Shown here: positions 55,868-64,000 of the stretch, piece by piece
How positions within the stretch are numbered: the stretch's first letter is position 1
How the letters are laid out: the number at the start of each line of letters is the position of its first letter
The notes under the pieces: model-generated
What the model saw: only the letters and a program-made list of their open reading frames with translations
Told to the model about the DNA's origin: nothing
Database searches by the model: none
Virus record (IMG/VR): IMGVR_UViG_3300037313_001751
Coordinates: 1 to 64,000 of that record
Reading direction: 5' to 3' (one strand)
DNA length: 64,000 nt
Origin: a virus
Taxonomy: Duplodnaviria > Heunggongvirae > Uroviricota > Caudoviricetes
Position numbers and translations under genes: made by a program

Positions 55868-56410
55868 CTAGTGACTATTTGGCATATTCAACTCAAGTAC
55901 ACGCAATTCATCATCTTCGTATTTGTTGCCGAACTTAACCGCTTTTGGTTCAAGACCGTATAATTTGAACCCCAATTCCTCGTACCACCTGCTTGCCTGA
56001 GTGTTGCTAGCGGTAACCGACAGCAGTATGCGCTCCATACATGGTATCTGCGCAGCATAGCTGAGCAATGCTTGCATCATCTTATTGCCAATACCCATTC
56101 CGCGTGCGCTTGGCATCGTATACATACCCCACAGAGTTGCCTTATGCGAAAGCTTGACGGCAGCGGACACATCAAGTGCCACTACGCCAAAAAGGTTTTT
56201 AAAAATAAAAGCGCCAAAAATGGCGCTTAGATTTGGTGGTTCGAAAATACGAGCTGCAAAATCATCTAGTGGCAGCAAGCTTTCAATATCATAGCAGCCA
56301 TTGAAAGCAACTGGGTAGTTCTTTAAACCGTCAAGCCTCACCCGCCGATATTCCGCAGCATCGGACTTAGTTAATCGCCTTACTACCACATCGTGTCTAT
56401 CACCGCACAT
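55868..56410 (-). CDS. GNAT-family N-acetyltransferase
   Basis: Motif A ARGMGIGNKMMQALLSYAA; motif B NTQASRWYEELGF. Confidence 0.7.
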   Translation of the reverse strand: MCGDRHDVVVRRLTKSDAAEYRRVRLDGLKNYPVAFNGCYDIESLLPLDDFAARIFEPPNLSAIFGAFIFKNLFGVVALDVSAAVKLSHKATLWGMYTMPSARGMGIGNKMMQALLSYAAQIPCMERILLSVTASNTQASRWYEELGFKLYGLEPKAVKFGNKYEDDELRVLELNMPNSH

Positions 56411-56413
56411 TGA

Positions 56414-57085
56414 TCATCTTATACTATCCAATATGTTCCTAATCTGATCGAGGGCGACCAAGGCGTTTGCCTTTGCCACCTGGAATCGGTCAGCGAAGAC
56501 ATTTCCAGCCTGAGCTTCCTTCAAAGCGACACAGCGCTCATAGCGATACTTAAAGCGTGCAGCGTCCATACGGTTTCGGGTGAATGTCTCCTCAAGCTCC
56601 AAAATATGCCGGATTTTTGAGTCTCCAAAAGGTATGCCTTTGTTAAGATACCGCACAATTGCATGTGCAGCTTCGAGCATTGAAAGGTTATTGCACAGTT
56701 CCTCATTTGTTTGTGAATTCACTACGTCGTATACTTTTTGCGCCTTTCCATCTGTTGGCGAGTTGATTATCCGCACACGGACTTCACAAAGGCCAATCCG
56801 CATTCCATTGTCTAGTTCCTGTGTTGCTAAAGCTTCGCGTAAGCGTGAGTCGTTGTGTGACTCTTCAAACAATTTTGTAGCTGTGCCTGTAGATGCGTTA
56901 TTAAACCGTTGTAGGATTTCGGCCATCGCATCAACCTCAGTCTTGCCGGATTGGGCCGATTGCTTGGGTGATTGCCGGCCAATCAAGATTTCACGTTGCG
57001 AACTTCTTTGTGGTCTGGAATCGCCATCCTCCACAATTTGTCGGAGTTTTTTCATTGCCGCAATGTCTTGTGCAGACGGATTCAT
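56414..57085 (-). CDS. hypothetical protein
   Basis: 223-aa ORF. Confidence 0.5.
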   Translation of the reverse strand: MNPSAQDIAAMKKLRQIVEDGDSRPQRSSQREILIGRQSPKQSAQSGKTEVDAMAEILQRFNNASTGTATKLFEESHNDSRLREALATQELDNGMRIGLCEVRVRIINSPTDGKAQKVYDVVNSQTNEELCNNLSMLEAAHAIVRYLNKGIPFGDSKIRHILELEETFTRNRMDAARFKYRYERCVALKEAQAGNVFADRFQVAKANALVALDQIRNILDSIR

Positions 57086-57312
57086 TCATCACTCCAATTG
57101 TCATCATTGATCACATAGCGCGTTAATTCATCTACTTTTATTCGGTTCAACAAACCTCTGCTAACCATCTTCCGTGCTAATTCAACATCACTTTCGTCTA
57201 GATGGTCCATCGTGATACCCCTGCCACCTGAATTCTTGATATCGTCTATAATTTGCAACTCAGCGTTGCTAACTGGCATTTTTATGCCACCTTTAAATTC
57301 TTCAAATCGCAT
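57082..57312 (-). CDS. small hypothetical protein
   Basis: 76 aa; 4-bp overlap with the upstream gene. Confidence 0.4.
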   Translation of the reverse strand: MRFEEFKGGIKMPVSNAELQIIDDIKNSGGRGITMDHLDESDVELARKMVSRGLLNRIKVDELTRYVINDDNWSDE

Positions 57313-57314
57313 CT

Positions 57315-58586
57315 TTATGTCTTCAATGTACGCTTTTCGCCGAGGTAATCCCTGCCCATAGCTTGTAATTGCGTAGCAAGGTCCTGTAGCTTATGCACGA
57401 GAATCTTATACTCGCTCATTTTGATATCAGGCAACTGTAATTGCACGTTGTTCAGGTGGTCGTCAATCGATGCCATGGCCGGGCTTGGTGTAGCGCCACC
57501 AACAACATCCACATTTACTGGTGCATCTGCGTCCGGGGCGATCGGATCGACATCACCCGACAGGCTATCAACTGGCGCGCTATCCACGGGCACGGCAAGA
57601 TCAACACTTGGATCTGGCGCCGCTATATCAGGCGCTATGTCTACATCGGCGCCGTCTGCAGAAGGTGGCTCCACGCCTACAGGATCGACCGGCGGGTCCA
57701 TCGGTGTTGGCGGCAGCCCGGCCAACTCCCGCAGTCGAAACAACGGGATAACATCGGCAAAACCAACGACACCCTCATTGAGATTATGGTCTAATGTAGG
57801 AGCTTTATTTTCTGCCAATTTATCGATCGCCTCATCCCACTCACGCTTCTTGTGCTTAGCACCACGGCCACGCTCATCTTTCTGATCCATCTTACGCTTT
57901 GGATCAATAACACCTGCCTTTGACTGCATACGTTGCAAATCTTTATTATGGGGGTTACGCGGCGTCATCATGGCAAGCTTTTCCTTAGCCTGGTTAGCGC
58001 GTTTCTGCCAGTTCGTCGTCTCGGCCACTCTCGCTTCTCCTGGTACTTTTGAGTCACGAACGTATCGTTGCTTGCGCATCAATCCCGATATAGTTCTACC
58101 GACCTTATACGCGTGATCGCGATCTTCACATTTTATATGAAAATGACCACGACCGTTAGTTAAGAATTCAATTTTATTTTGATCTAGCCATTCGATCAAT
58201 TGGTCAGACAACGCTGGCTGTTCCATTATGGCAATATAGTTGAACCCTTCCATCGCCAACATGCGGTCTTCTGGATTGTCACTTTCGGCAATTGGCATTA
58301 AATTTTCAAGCGGCTGTTCAGCCTGTTCAGCAACTTCATTCTGTGAATCTAACCCTCTGTACATTCTGTGTAAACGATCGGTGTTCATTGCTGCCTCTTT
58401 TATGCTAACGCCATAGCCCCGTAGGATTTGATTTGCTTGTGCTACAGCAGATGTTGAATTAGATACTGTAAGGCAATTGATCAGATTGATTAAGTCAGAG
58501 CCAGATATGGTGTTTTGCAACTGAGTTGCTGTTTGATTATCAATCCCATGCTGCACAAGTAGTTGAGACAGACTTTGATCTACCAT
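57315..58586 (-). CDS. hypothetical protein with Pro/Asp/Val-rich C-terminal repeats
   Basis: 423-aa ORF; PVDPVGVEPPSADGADVDIAPDIAAPDPSVDLAVPVDSAPVDS repeat-like tract. Confidence 0.5.
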   Translation of the reverse strand: MVDQSLSQLLVQHGIDNQTATQLQNTISGSDLINLINCLTVSNSTSAVAQANQILRGYGVSIKEAAMNTDRLHRMYRGLDSQNEVAEQAEQPLENLMPIAESDNPEDRMLAMEGFNYIAIMEQPALSDQLIEWLDQNKIEFLTNGRGHFHIKCEDRDHAYKVGRTISGLMRKQRYVRDSKVPGEARVAETTNWQKRANQAKEKLAMMTPRNPHNKDLQRMQSKAGVIDPKRKMDQKDERGRGAKHKKREWDEAIDKLAENKAPTLDHNLNEGVVGFADVIPLFRLRELAGLPPTPMDPPVDPVGVEPPSADGADVDIAPDIAAPDPSVDLAVPVDSAPVDSLSGDVDPIAPDADAPVNVDVVGGATPSPAMASIDDHLNNVQLQLPDIKMSEYKILVHKLQDLATQLQAMGRDYLGEKRTLKT

Positions 58587-58783
58587 TTCAATTCTTTCTT
58601 AATTGAAAATGCCTTACTGTAGGATGGAAGATGATTTGTTGGTTTGTTTGATTTGCGCCTGATCATCCTCTCATTCGTTCGTTGAATGAGTGCCCGTGCA
58701 ATTGCGCCGGTCAGTTCTTGTTCTTCTAAATCAGTCTGATCTGAATCAAGAATCTCAATTAAAAACATATCATAATCCAACAC
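58580..58783 (-). CDS. small hypothetical protein
   Basis: 67-aa ORF overlapping the next gene start by 7 nt. Confidence 0.35.
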   Translation of the reverse strand: MLDYDMFLIEILDSDQTDLEEQELTGAIARALIQRTNERMIRRKSNKPTNHLPSYSKAFSIKKELKW

Positions 58784-58826
58784 AATACAGTGATATTTAT
58801 AGCATTGGTCATTCTGTCACAAAAAA

Positions 58827-58848
58827 GGCCCTGGGAACAGCCAGGGCC
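58827..58848. terminator. hairpin terminator (bidirectional context)
   Basis: GGCCCTGG-GAACAG-CCAGGGCC flanked by AAAAAA upstream and TTTCTGTTTGTT downstream. Confidence 0.55.
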
Positions 58849-58868
58849 TTTCTGTTTGTTCTAAAATA

Positions 58869-59810
58869 TTAGAACGGACCGCTCGACACAACAACAAACG
58901 TGTTGGTGGCTGCGTCGGAACTGCTGCCAGTGTTAACCCATGCCGGTGACATGTAGTTGAGGTTAGAGTTCAACGTGTCTGTCAGGTCGGGGTTAGTGTT
59001 ATATGGCGTCGGGCCGCCCATAATTGCCGGGCGAGGATTACCAAGGGGATTGTTGGAGTTGGTCCAGCCAACTTGCTTGGTATCCCACGCGCCGTTGTGC
59101 TCAATTGTAAATGACATCGCCCAGACAGTGCCAGATGCTGGCGCAAATGTAGGGGTAGGCGTGTTGTTATACGCGCTATATGCCATTGACGTGACCTGAC
59201 TCATAACAACCGGCTGTGCACGCAGGCTGATCGTTTCGACAAGCTTGTCCAGCATCAACTGACTGTTCGAAACGGTATCAGTGTAGACGCCAGGAGGATT
59301 GCCACGCGGGATAATCATCTGGCCAAGACCAGTGGGCGTAATGTCGATTGTGGTATACACTGTATAATAGTTCAGCCCAGCGCCAATATGATTCCCAGGC
59401 GCGGAGAAGCCGTGCTGCCGAAGTGCTGGGATCTGACCAGCATTCTGCCCAGAGTTTGCTGTGCCGGCGGTAAGCATCTGACCCATTGCCGGTCCAAAGC
59501 GACGGCGAGAACCGTCAGCGTCTTCGCCAGCATCTTCTTCTTCACGCTCAGCCTCTTCGACCGCCCAACCCATCGCACGCTTCTGGTCGTCGCTCGGATT
59601 GCCGAAACGATTCTCCTTGCCAACCATGCTCATATCCGGCTCAAACTCCGGATGATCGAGGACAACTGTGGGATAGTCGCCATAACCCATCTTAGAGACG
59701 TTGGTATTACCCCGATCCCAGTCGCGAAGGGCATCCATTTCTTCAGACGCAGATTCAGGCTTTTTTGTGCCGTCCTTGGTCTCGTCGTCGTTCTTATCTT
59801 CGTCACTCAT
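58869..59810 (-). CDS. hypothetical protein (acidic N-terminus, beta-rich C-terminus)
   Basis: 313-aa ORF. Confidence 0.5.
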   Translation of the reverse strand: MSDEDKNDDETKDGTKKPESASEEMDALRDWDRGNTNVSKMGYGDYPTVVLDHPEFEPDMSMVGKENRFGNPSDDQKRAMGWAVEEAEREEEDAGEDADGSRRRFGPAMGQMLTAGTANSGQNAGQIPALRQHGFSAPGNHIGAGLNYYTVYTTIDITPTGLGQMIIPRGNPPGVYTDTVSNSQLMLDKLVETISLRAQPVVMSQVTSMAYSAYNNTPTPTFAPASGTVWAMSFTIEHNGAWDTKQVGWTNSNNPLGNPRPAIMGGPTPYNTNPDLTDTLNSNLNYMSPAWVNTGSSSDAATNTFVVVSSGPF

Positions 59811-60033
59811 AATCTTTACTCCATAACGGAAGTTTTTGGTTAAACTTATTTATACAGGCTGCCAATTTTACGCCCATTGCCGATTGTTTGCTCTTTTTCG
59901 GCTGCAGTGTGACCTACTTCCTTTACGCGCCGGGCCAGCCTCTTCCTAAACAATGGCTGCGCGACTGACGCAACGCCGCCAGCACCTGTGCTACCACAAC
60001 TTGCGTTTTCAGCGACAACTTCGAAATAGCGCA

Positions 60034-61425
60034 TCACACTGACTTCAAAAATGCAAAGCCCACTTGTGCAAGCGGCTCTTTTAGATTAGCTGGAACCTTC
60101 GAATAGCTTCTCATCGACTGTAAATTTTGCCGTAGTTTTTGTATAGCCTCAGCTGACATGCCATTGCTGTCTAAATGAGAGACCATTTTATTCAAAAGAC
60201 TAGCATTTACGGCGCTGCCACTAGTGGTTCCAACTCCCCCTTTTGGCGTGCGCTGATTTTGATAGTATTGTGCAACATTGTCGTCGAAGCTACTTGCGCT
60301 ACCAGGGTTATAACCGCCTGAGGTATTTCCGCCACCAGGCGACGGCCCAACAGGTGGCACGCTAGCTGCTGCGGCAACACCAGTCTGCGTCTGGACCTTA
60401 CTTGAGACCATATCTTTGTCATGAGCATACGCAGCCGCCGACGAAAAGATGTTTGCAAGATCCTTTCCTCTAATCGCTGTATTTGCCGCACTAGGAATTT
60501 GGAGTTCGACCAATTTTTTCGATCGAGGCTTAGTAGATTCGGTCTGGTTGCCTGCAATCTTCGAATCATGAGCCCTAATATTGGCAGTATGTTGATCACG
60601 TTCTTTGGAAAACTCTTGTGACCGGGAGTGGTGATAATTGGCTCGCGCTTGCGGCTTCGCTTTAGCATCAGGATGAGTATAAGAATTTGCTTTTGCAATA
60701 TTCTGGTCGCGCAGCTTTGCGTGATGCGACGCCAAGTCTGCTGCCGTTTGGCGGGCACTGAGGGCGCCCCTTCGGTCCCAATTCGGCTCTCCTGGTTGCG
60801 GTGGTGCTGTATTGTTTGCGGCGGCAGCACGGTTATCAGCTGCGGCCTGGATGTGTGGAGGAACTGGCGGCATCACATTCTTGCCAAGGGGTGCGCCTGG
60901 CGCCCTATTGGCAGCGGGCGCCGCGCTAGCCTTAGCCGGTGCAGGATTTGTTGTTATTGTATGAGGCATACCGGAAGCATATTGCTGAGGATTAGCAACT
61001 GATGGAGGTACTACCGCAGGTGTAGGCGTGGGTGTAGGTGTAGGTGTAGGTGCGCCGGTCTTTGCAGGCATTGCAACGGTTGGCTCTTGCCGTTGGCCCG
61101 AAGTCTTCGCACCAGAAGCTGCATGCTGCCCTAAAATTTCTTGCGCCTGTTTAGGCTCAAAGCCGATCATCTGCAAATACTGCTGCACATCGTCAGCAGT
61201 GCCTTTTCGGTTTGTTTTTCCGACCCAAACGGAGAATCCGTCCTGCATCTGTTTCGCAAGGGTGTCACGTTGAACACGACCTTGGGCACGTTTGTTACCG
61301 ATCGCGCCTAGAGCCTTATTAGCAAGCCTATTAAGTATTGGGCCTTCGGTAACTGGCTCGCCTGAACTGCCAGCATCCTCAAGCAGAGTAATAAAACTTC
61401 TCATATCGTTACTGACTGCTGACAT
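60034..61425 (-). CDS. Pro/Ala-rich hypothetical protein with (TP)n linker
   Basis: 463-aa ORF; TPTPTPTPTP encoded by a GTAGGT tandem repeat at about 61017-61053. Confidence 0.5.
   Translation of the reverse strand: MSAVSNDMRSFITLLEDAGSSGEPVTEGPILNRLANKALGAIGNKRAQGRVQRDTLAKQMQDGFSVWVGKTNRKGTADDVQQYLQMIGFEPKQAQEILGQHAASGAKTSGQRQEPTVAMPAKTGAPTPTPTPTPTPAVVPPSVANPQQYASGMPHTITTNPAPAKASAAPAANRAPGAPLGKNVMPPVPPHIQAAADNRAAAANNTAPPQPGEPNWDRRGALSARQTAADLASHHAKLRDQNIAKANSYTHPDAKAKPQARANYHHSRSQEFSKERDQHTANIRAHDSKIAGNQTESTKPRSKKLVELQIPSAANTAIRGKDLANIFSSAAAYAHDKDMVSSKVQTQTGVAAAASVPPVGPSPGGGNTSGGYNPGSASSFDDNVAQYYQNQRTPKGGVGTTSGSAVNASLLNKMVSHLDSNGMSAEAIQKLRQNLQSMRSYSKVPANLKEPLAQVGFAFLKSV
61017..61053. repeat. 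hexanucleotide tandem repeat (GTAGGT/GTGGGT, about 6 units) encoding a (Thr-Pro)n linker
   Basis: gtgtaggcgtgggtgtaggtgtaggtgtaggtg visible in the sequence. Confidence 0.6.
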
Positions 61426-61690
61426 TTCGTTTCCTCTGTTCTTCTAATTTTCGATATTCACGAATCTTTCTGCTGAATTTTTGCGGATCCCTGTTTTTTA
61501 TAGCAGCTAAGAGGCGCTTCGTAAGCTCTTCGCTCTCTTCTAGGTCAAAACTTTCAGCAACCAATTGCAGGAAATTAATCGCACTAACAATTACATTATT
61601 GGCCCTTGCCTCAATGATTTGGTGCTTATCGCGCTGCGGAATAAACCGATCCAGTTCCTCGATAATGCTTTTCGAATTGCGATTAATCAA
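61409..61690 (-). CDS. hypothetical protein
   Basis: 93-aa ORF. Confidence 0.4.
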   Translation of the reverse strand: MINRNSKSIIEELDRFIPQRDKHQIIEARANNVIVSAINFLQLVAESFDLEESEELTKRLLAAIKNRDPQKFSRKIREYRKLEEQRKRNVSSQ

Positions 61691-62015
61691 CGTCGGCCTG
61701 CCTGTATTTTTCCGTTACGCGGGCCAGCATTTCGGCAGCTAAATTCAGCCCCTCTTCAATTCCTAACGCATAATTCTGATTCTCGTTCAGCTCACGATAG
61801 CTTTTAAGCCTGAATATCATGTTATCGAGATCCTCTAGGAGGTACATGATTTGGTCAGCTTGACTTTCAACCACTGGTGTGAGGTCACCGGACAAAACTT
61901 CATCCTCCGTTGAGGTTATATTTTCGGCTATTCTTATATAGCTTTGCATTTCGTCCAAATGCTTTGCCATAGAAAGATCTCCTTTAAGTATCAATTTATT
62001 TATTGCGTATAGCAA
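61683..62015 (-). CDS. hypothetical protein
   Basis: 110-aa ORF. Confidence 0.4.
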   Translation of the reverse strand: MLYAINKLILKGDLSMAKHLDEMQSYIRIAENITSTEDEVLSGDLTPVVESQADQIMYLLEDLDNMIFRLKSYRELNENQNYALGIEEGLNLAAEMLARVTEKYRQADVD

Positions 62016-62019
62016 TCTG

Positions 62020-62523
62020 CTACCGATTTGACATCTCGCCTGCCAATTGTAGCACAGAGGTCCTTACCTTAGCTGGTTCGCCTTCAGCCTGTGGCGACGC
62101 TTCCTGTCGTGTCGTCGGCTTTAGTTGTTGTAGCGGCCTGGCAAGCATAGCAGGTGGATGTTTGACGGCAGGACTACCATCCTTATTGCTTATGCGCATG
62201 TTTGTAGTGTCATAGGCGAGTGTAATTTTGTGACCGACACCAGCCGACGAACGTGTTTTTAGCAGTTGTAATTCGTATTCGCCAACTTCACGCAACGCTG
62301 GTGAAGAGAATATCGCCATAACATTGTCCGCGGTATTAAATTTTGAAATGCCACCAGCAATATGGCTTGCATCAAAATGACTTTCTTGTATAGCGGAATT
62401 ATGCGTCAAAATGCCATTGGCATAGAAGAGATTGTTGCCAGTGACCTCCAAGTCCAACGTCGACACTTCACCGACCTCTTCAATGCTAACAATTTCGTCC
62501 TCTAATTCAAAAAGCTGACGCAT
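62020..62523 (-). CDS. DnaB-family helicase C-terminal fragment preceded by a 42-aa split-intein C-segment (IntC)
   Basis: MRQLFELEDEIVSIEEVGEVSTLDLEVTGNNLFYANGILTHN|S: intein blocks F/G ending HN+Ser, of DnaE-IntC size; followed by extein AIQESHFDASHIAGGISKFNTADNVMAIF (helicase C-terminal region); GGGAG RBS 8 nt upstream. Confidence 0.7.
   Translation of the reverse strand: MRQLFELEDEIVSIEEVGEVSTLDLEVTGNNLFYANGILTHNSAIQESHFDASHIAGGISKFNTADNVMAIFSSPALREVGEYELQLLKTRSSAGVGHKITLAYDTTNMRISNKDGSPAVKHPPAMLARPLQQLKPTTRQEASPQAEGEPAKVRTSVLQLAGEMSNR
62398..62523 (-). other. split intein C-terminal segment (IntC, 42 aa)
   Basis: Compare Npu DnaE IntC MIKIATRKYLGKQNVYDIGVERDHNFALKNGFIASN|C with ...STLDLEVTGNNLFYANGILTHN|S. 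Confidence 0.65.
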
Positions 62524-62934
62524 TTTTCAATTACTCCCATGTTATTTGCTTTCCAGTCCTCTTTCCAAATTTCGAGGGCTGGTAATCCTTGTGTCTGATA
62601 CACTATATGCGTTTTGAATCGATTGCATTCAACTGGTGAATGGTTACAGTATTATCATAGGAATAAGGCCTATCGTCCGGTGCAACTAAGTTTGAATTAG
62701 CTTGAAATGCGTTGCCATAAAACTCAATGGGTGGCGTACTCTGCCTTCACAAACAATGGCGAGCTAACCGCGCCAAATTGAGGCCAACATACCGGCGACA
62801 TAGAAAGAGGAAACTTATGTTCGACATACTGGACTACTAGCTCCATAAACCGCGTGAATTATCAACTGTCACCAGCGGAAAGGCATGCTGAAGCCGTTCA
62901 AAATTTGTTTGCAGATCGCTAGTTGAGTGGCTGT

Positions 62935-64000
62935 CTACGATTTTGTATTTATTTGCGCAAACAGGACATCTCCGACCTTTAGACCTGAGTTGATCGACTT
63001 CACACCGTTAACTGTTGGAAAGAGATGATGCTTCGAGCATTCAATGGCTTTACCAGACTTAGTGACTATCCTATAGGTTTTTTGCACCGATGGACTGGTT
63101 TTAGCTACTACCTGAACTGGCCCCTCGTTAGAGTCCAGCCAATCGCCAATGTTGACGTCTTTGATCTTAATTGGATTGCCGTTGGCTGTGACAGAGGTGT
63201 TTTCTGAAAGACATCTATTAAGCTGGCTCGCAGTAGCACATAGGATATTCAGTTCTGCTGCTAGCGCCCGCAGTTCTTCAGATGTGAACTTGTCCTTGAC
63301 AAATAGATCGCTCAGTGATACCGAGGTATTGTTTGGATACACAAGGTCCAAATAATCGACAAGCAGACCATCGACTTTTACGCCTGACTGAATTTCGTAT
63401 TCCCTGATATAAGCGCGAATATCAGCGGCAGTTGTTCCGGCACCGCGCATCGCTTTGATCTGAAGCTTGCCCCAGCTTGCACTCCTGCGCACAATAACGT
63501 TCCATTTGAGCATCGAATCTTCTGTGTTTTTTACAATCTCCTCAGTACCTAATTTGGTAATCATCGCGTCATAGCGCAGCCCAATTAAGTCTTCAGATAA
63601 TTCCAGTGTAATGTAGACGATATTCAACCCTTGTTCGACCCAGTTCAACGCAAGGTTTTGCAGGAAAAGGCTTTTGCCGGTATTGTGGCTAGAAATACCA
63701 TTTGTATAATAACGTTGGTTTTCATGACCTATAGACAGATCATAACAATCTTCAAGGCGCCGTTGTTTTTTGATATCATCCACTACGTCAAGGCCCTTAG
63801 CAGTAATGAGGATGTCACCAACTAATAGTTCCCTGACATAGCGCCAACTGCCGTTCTTGACCTGGAAAAGATGATCGTAACTAGCTCGTATTTTAATCCC
63901 ACTCTTCATTCTGACATCATAGACAATTTTGTCTGCTTTCCGCACCCACCACGTTGCTGGCACCCATCCATCCGGGCTATCAACGTAGTACTTAACGCCC
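62935..64000 (-). CDS. DnaB-family (T4 gp41 / DnaB-like) replicative helicase, N-terminal part: truncated by the window edge, contains a cis mini-intein in the P-loop and ends in a 92-aa split-intein N-segment
   Basis: Frame stays open beyond position 64000; extein GISSHN|TGKSLFLQNLALNWV...ITLELS...LLVDYLDLV...ATASQLNR carries DnaB motifs H1 (interrupted), H1a, H2, H3; C-terminal CLSENTSV...HHLFPTVNG...GDVLF is an N-intein; the track start at 63963 is a GTG inside the open frame. Confidence 0.75.
   Translation of the reverse strand, partial: GVKYYVDSPDGWVPATWWVRKADKIVYDVRMKSGIKIRASYDHLFQVKNGSWRYVRELLVGDILITAKGLDVVDDIKKQRRLEDCYDLSIGHENQRYYTNGISSHNTGKSLFLQNLALNWVEQGLNIVYITLELSEDLIGLRYDAMITKLGTEEIVKNTEDSMLKWNVIVRRSASWGKLQIKAMRGAGTTAADIRAYIREYEIQSGVKVDGLLVDYLDLVYPNNTSVSLSDLFVKDKFTSEELRALAAELNILCATASQLNRCLSENTSVTANGNPIKIKDVNIGDWLDSNEGPVQVVAKTSPSVQKTYRIVTKSGKAIECSKHHLFPTVNGVKSINSGLKVGDVLFAQINTKS
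62938..63213 (-). other. split intein N-terminal segment (IntN, 92 aa) fused after helicase motif SQLNR
   Basis: CLSENTSVTANGNPIKIKDVNIGDWL (block A) ... ECSKHHLFPTVNGVKSINSGLKVGDVLF (block B, TxxH); in-frame TAG at 62935-62937 ends it. Confidence 0.65.
63682..64000 (-). other. contiguous mini-intein inserted in the helicase Walker A loop (N-terminal part lies beyond the window)
   Basis: IRASYDHLFQVKNGSWRYVRELLVGDIL (block B) ... CYDLSIGHENQRYYTNGISSHN|T (blocks F/G); extein resumes TGKS, the P-loop GKS/T. Confidence 0.6.

Noticed and set aside
57421-57885. Plus-strand ORFs (154, 117 and 76 aa) opposite 57315..58586
   Set aside because: Ser/Gly/Ala/Thr-rich antisense of a Pro/Asp/Val repeat region. 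No independent start context.
62524-62934. Possible homing-endonuclease gene or degraded intein middle between IntN and IntC
   Set aside because: No ORF of 60 aa or more is present in any frame here. The C-half has its own RBS and ATG, so a split-intein spacer is the simpler reading. An assembly artefact cannot be excluded without reads.
1-64000. CRISPR arrays, rRNA genes, IS elements or transposases, integrase or attachment sites
   Set aside because: No spacer-repeat periodicity, rRNA-like conserved stretches, or transposase, integrase or DDE motifs were seen on reading both strands.

Overview
This window reads as one piece of a large dsDNA phage (jumbo or huge-phage type, or a big prophage), not ordinary bacterial chromosome. 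The reasons are: almost all genes lie on the minus strand in long co-linear runs; eight to nine single tRNA genes are scattered among small hypothetical ORFs; and phage hallmarks sit next to cell-like genes that huge phages often carry. The phage hallmarks are a T4-like two-subunit type II topoisomerase, a PAAR spike-tip protein beside a glycine-rich putative lytic transglycosylase, a D5/VirE/P4-type primase-associated ATPase, a secreted SleB-like cell-wall hydrolase, and a DnaB-family replicative helicase broken by two inteins. The cell-like genes are ribosomal protein S21, IF3, ClpX, ClpS, Hsp20, MgtC, a partial ABC transporter, a PAS histidine kinase with a CheY-like receiver, a QueD-like enzyme, a GNAT acetyltransferase, and a large methyltransferase / dual-GT2 glycosyltransferase protein. 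The most unusual feature is the helicase gene at the 3' end of the window. It carries a contiguous mini-intein inside the Walker A loop, which runs off the window edge. It also carries a naturally split (trans-splicing) intein at the conserved SQLNR motif: a 92-aa N-intein ends the first ORF, and a 42-aa C-intein opens a second ORF about 0.4 kb downstream. No rRNA, CRISPR array, integrase or transposase was recognised. All calls come from reading the ORF translations and the nucleotide sequence by eye; no database search was run.
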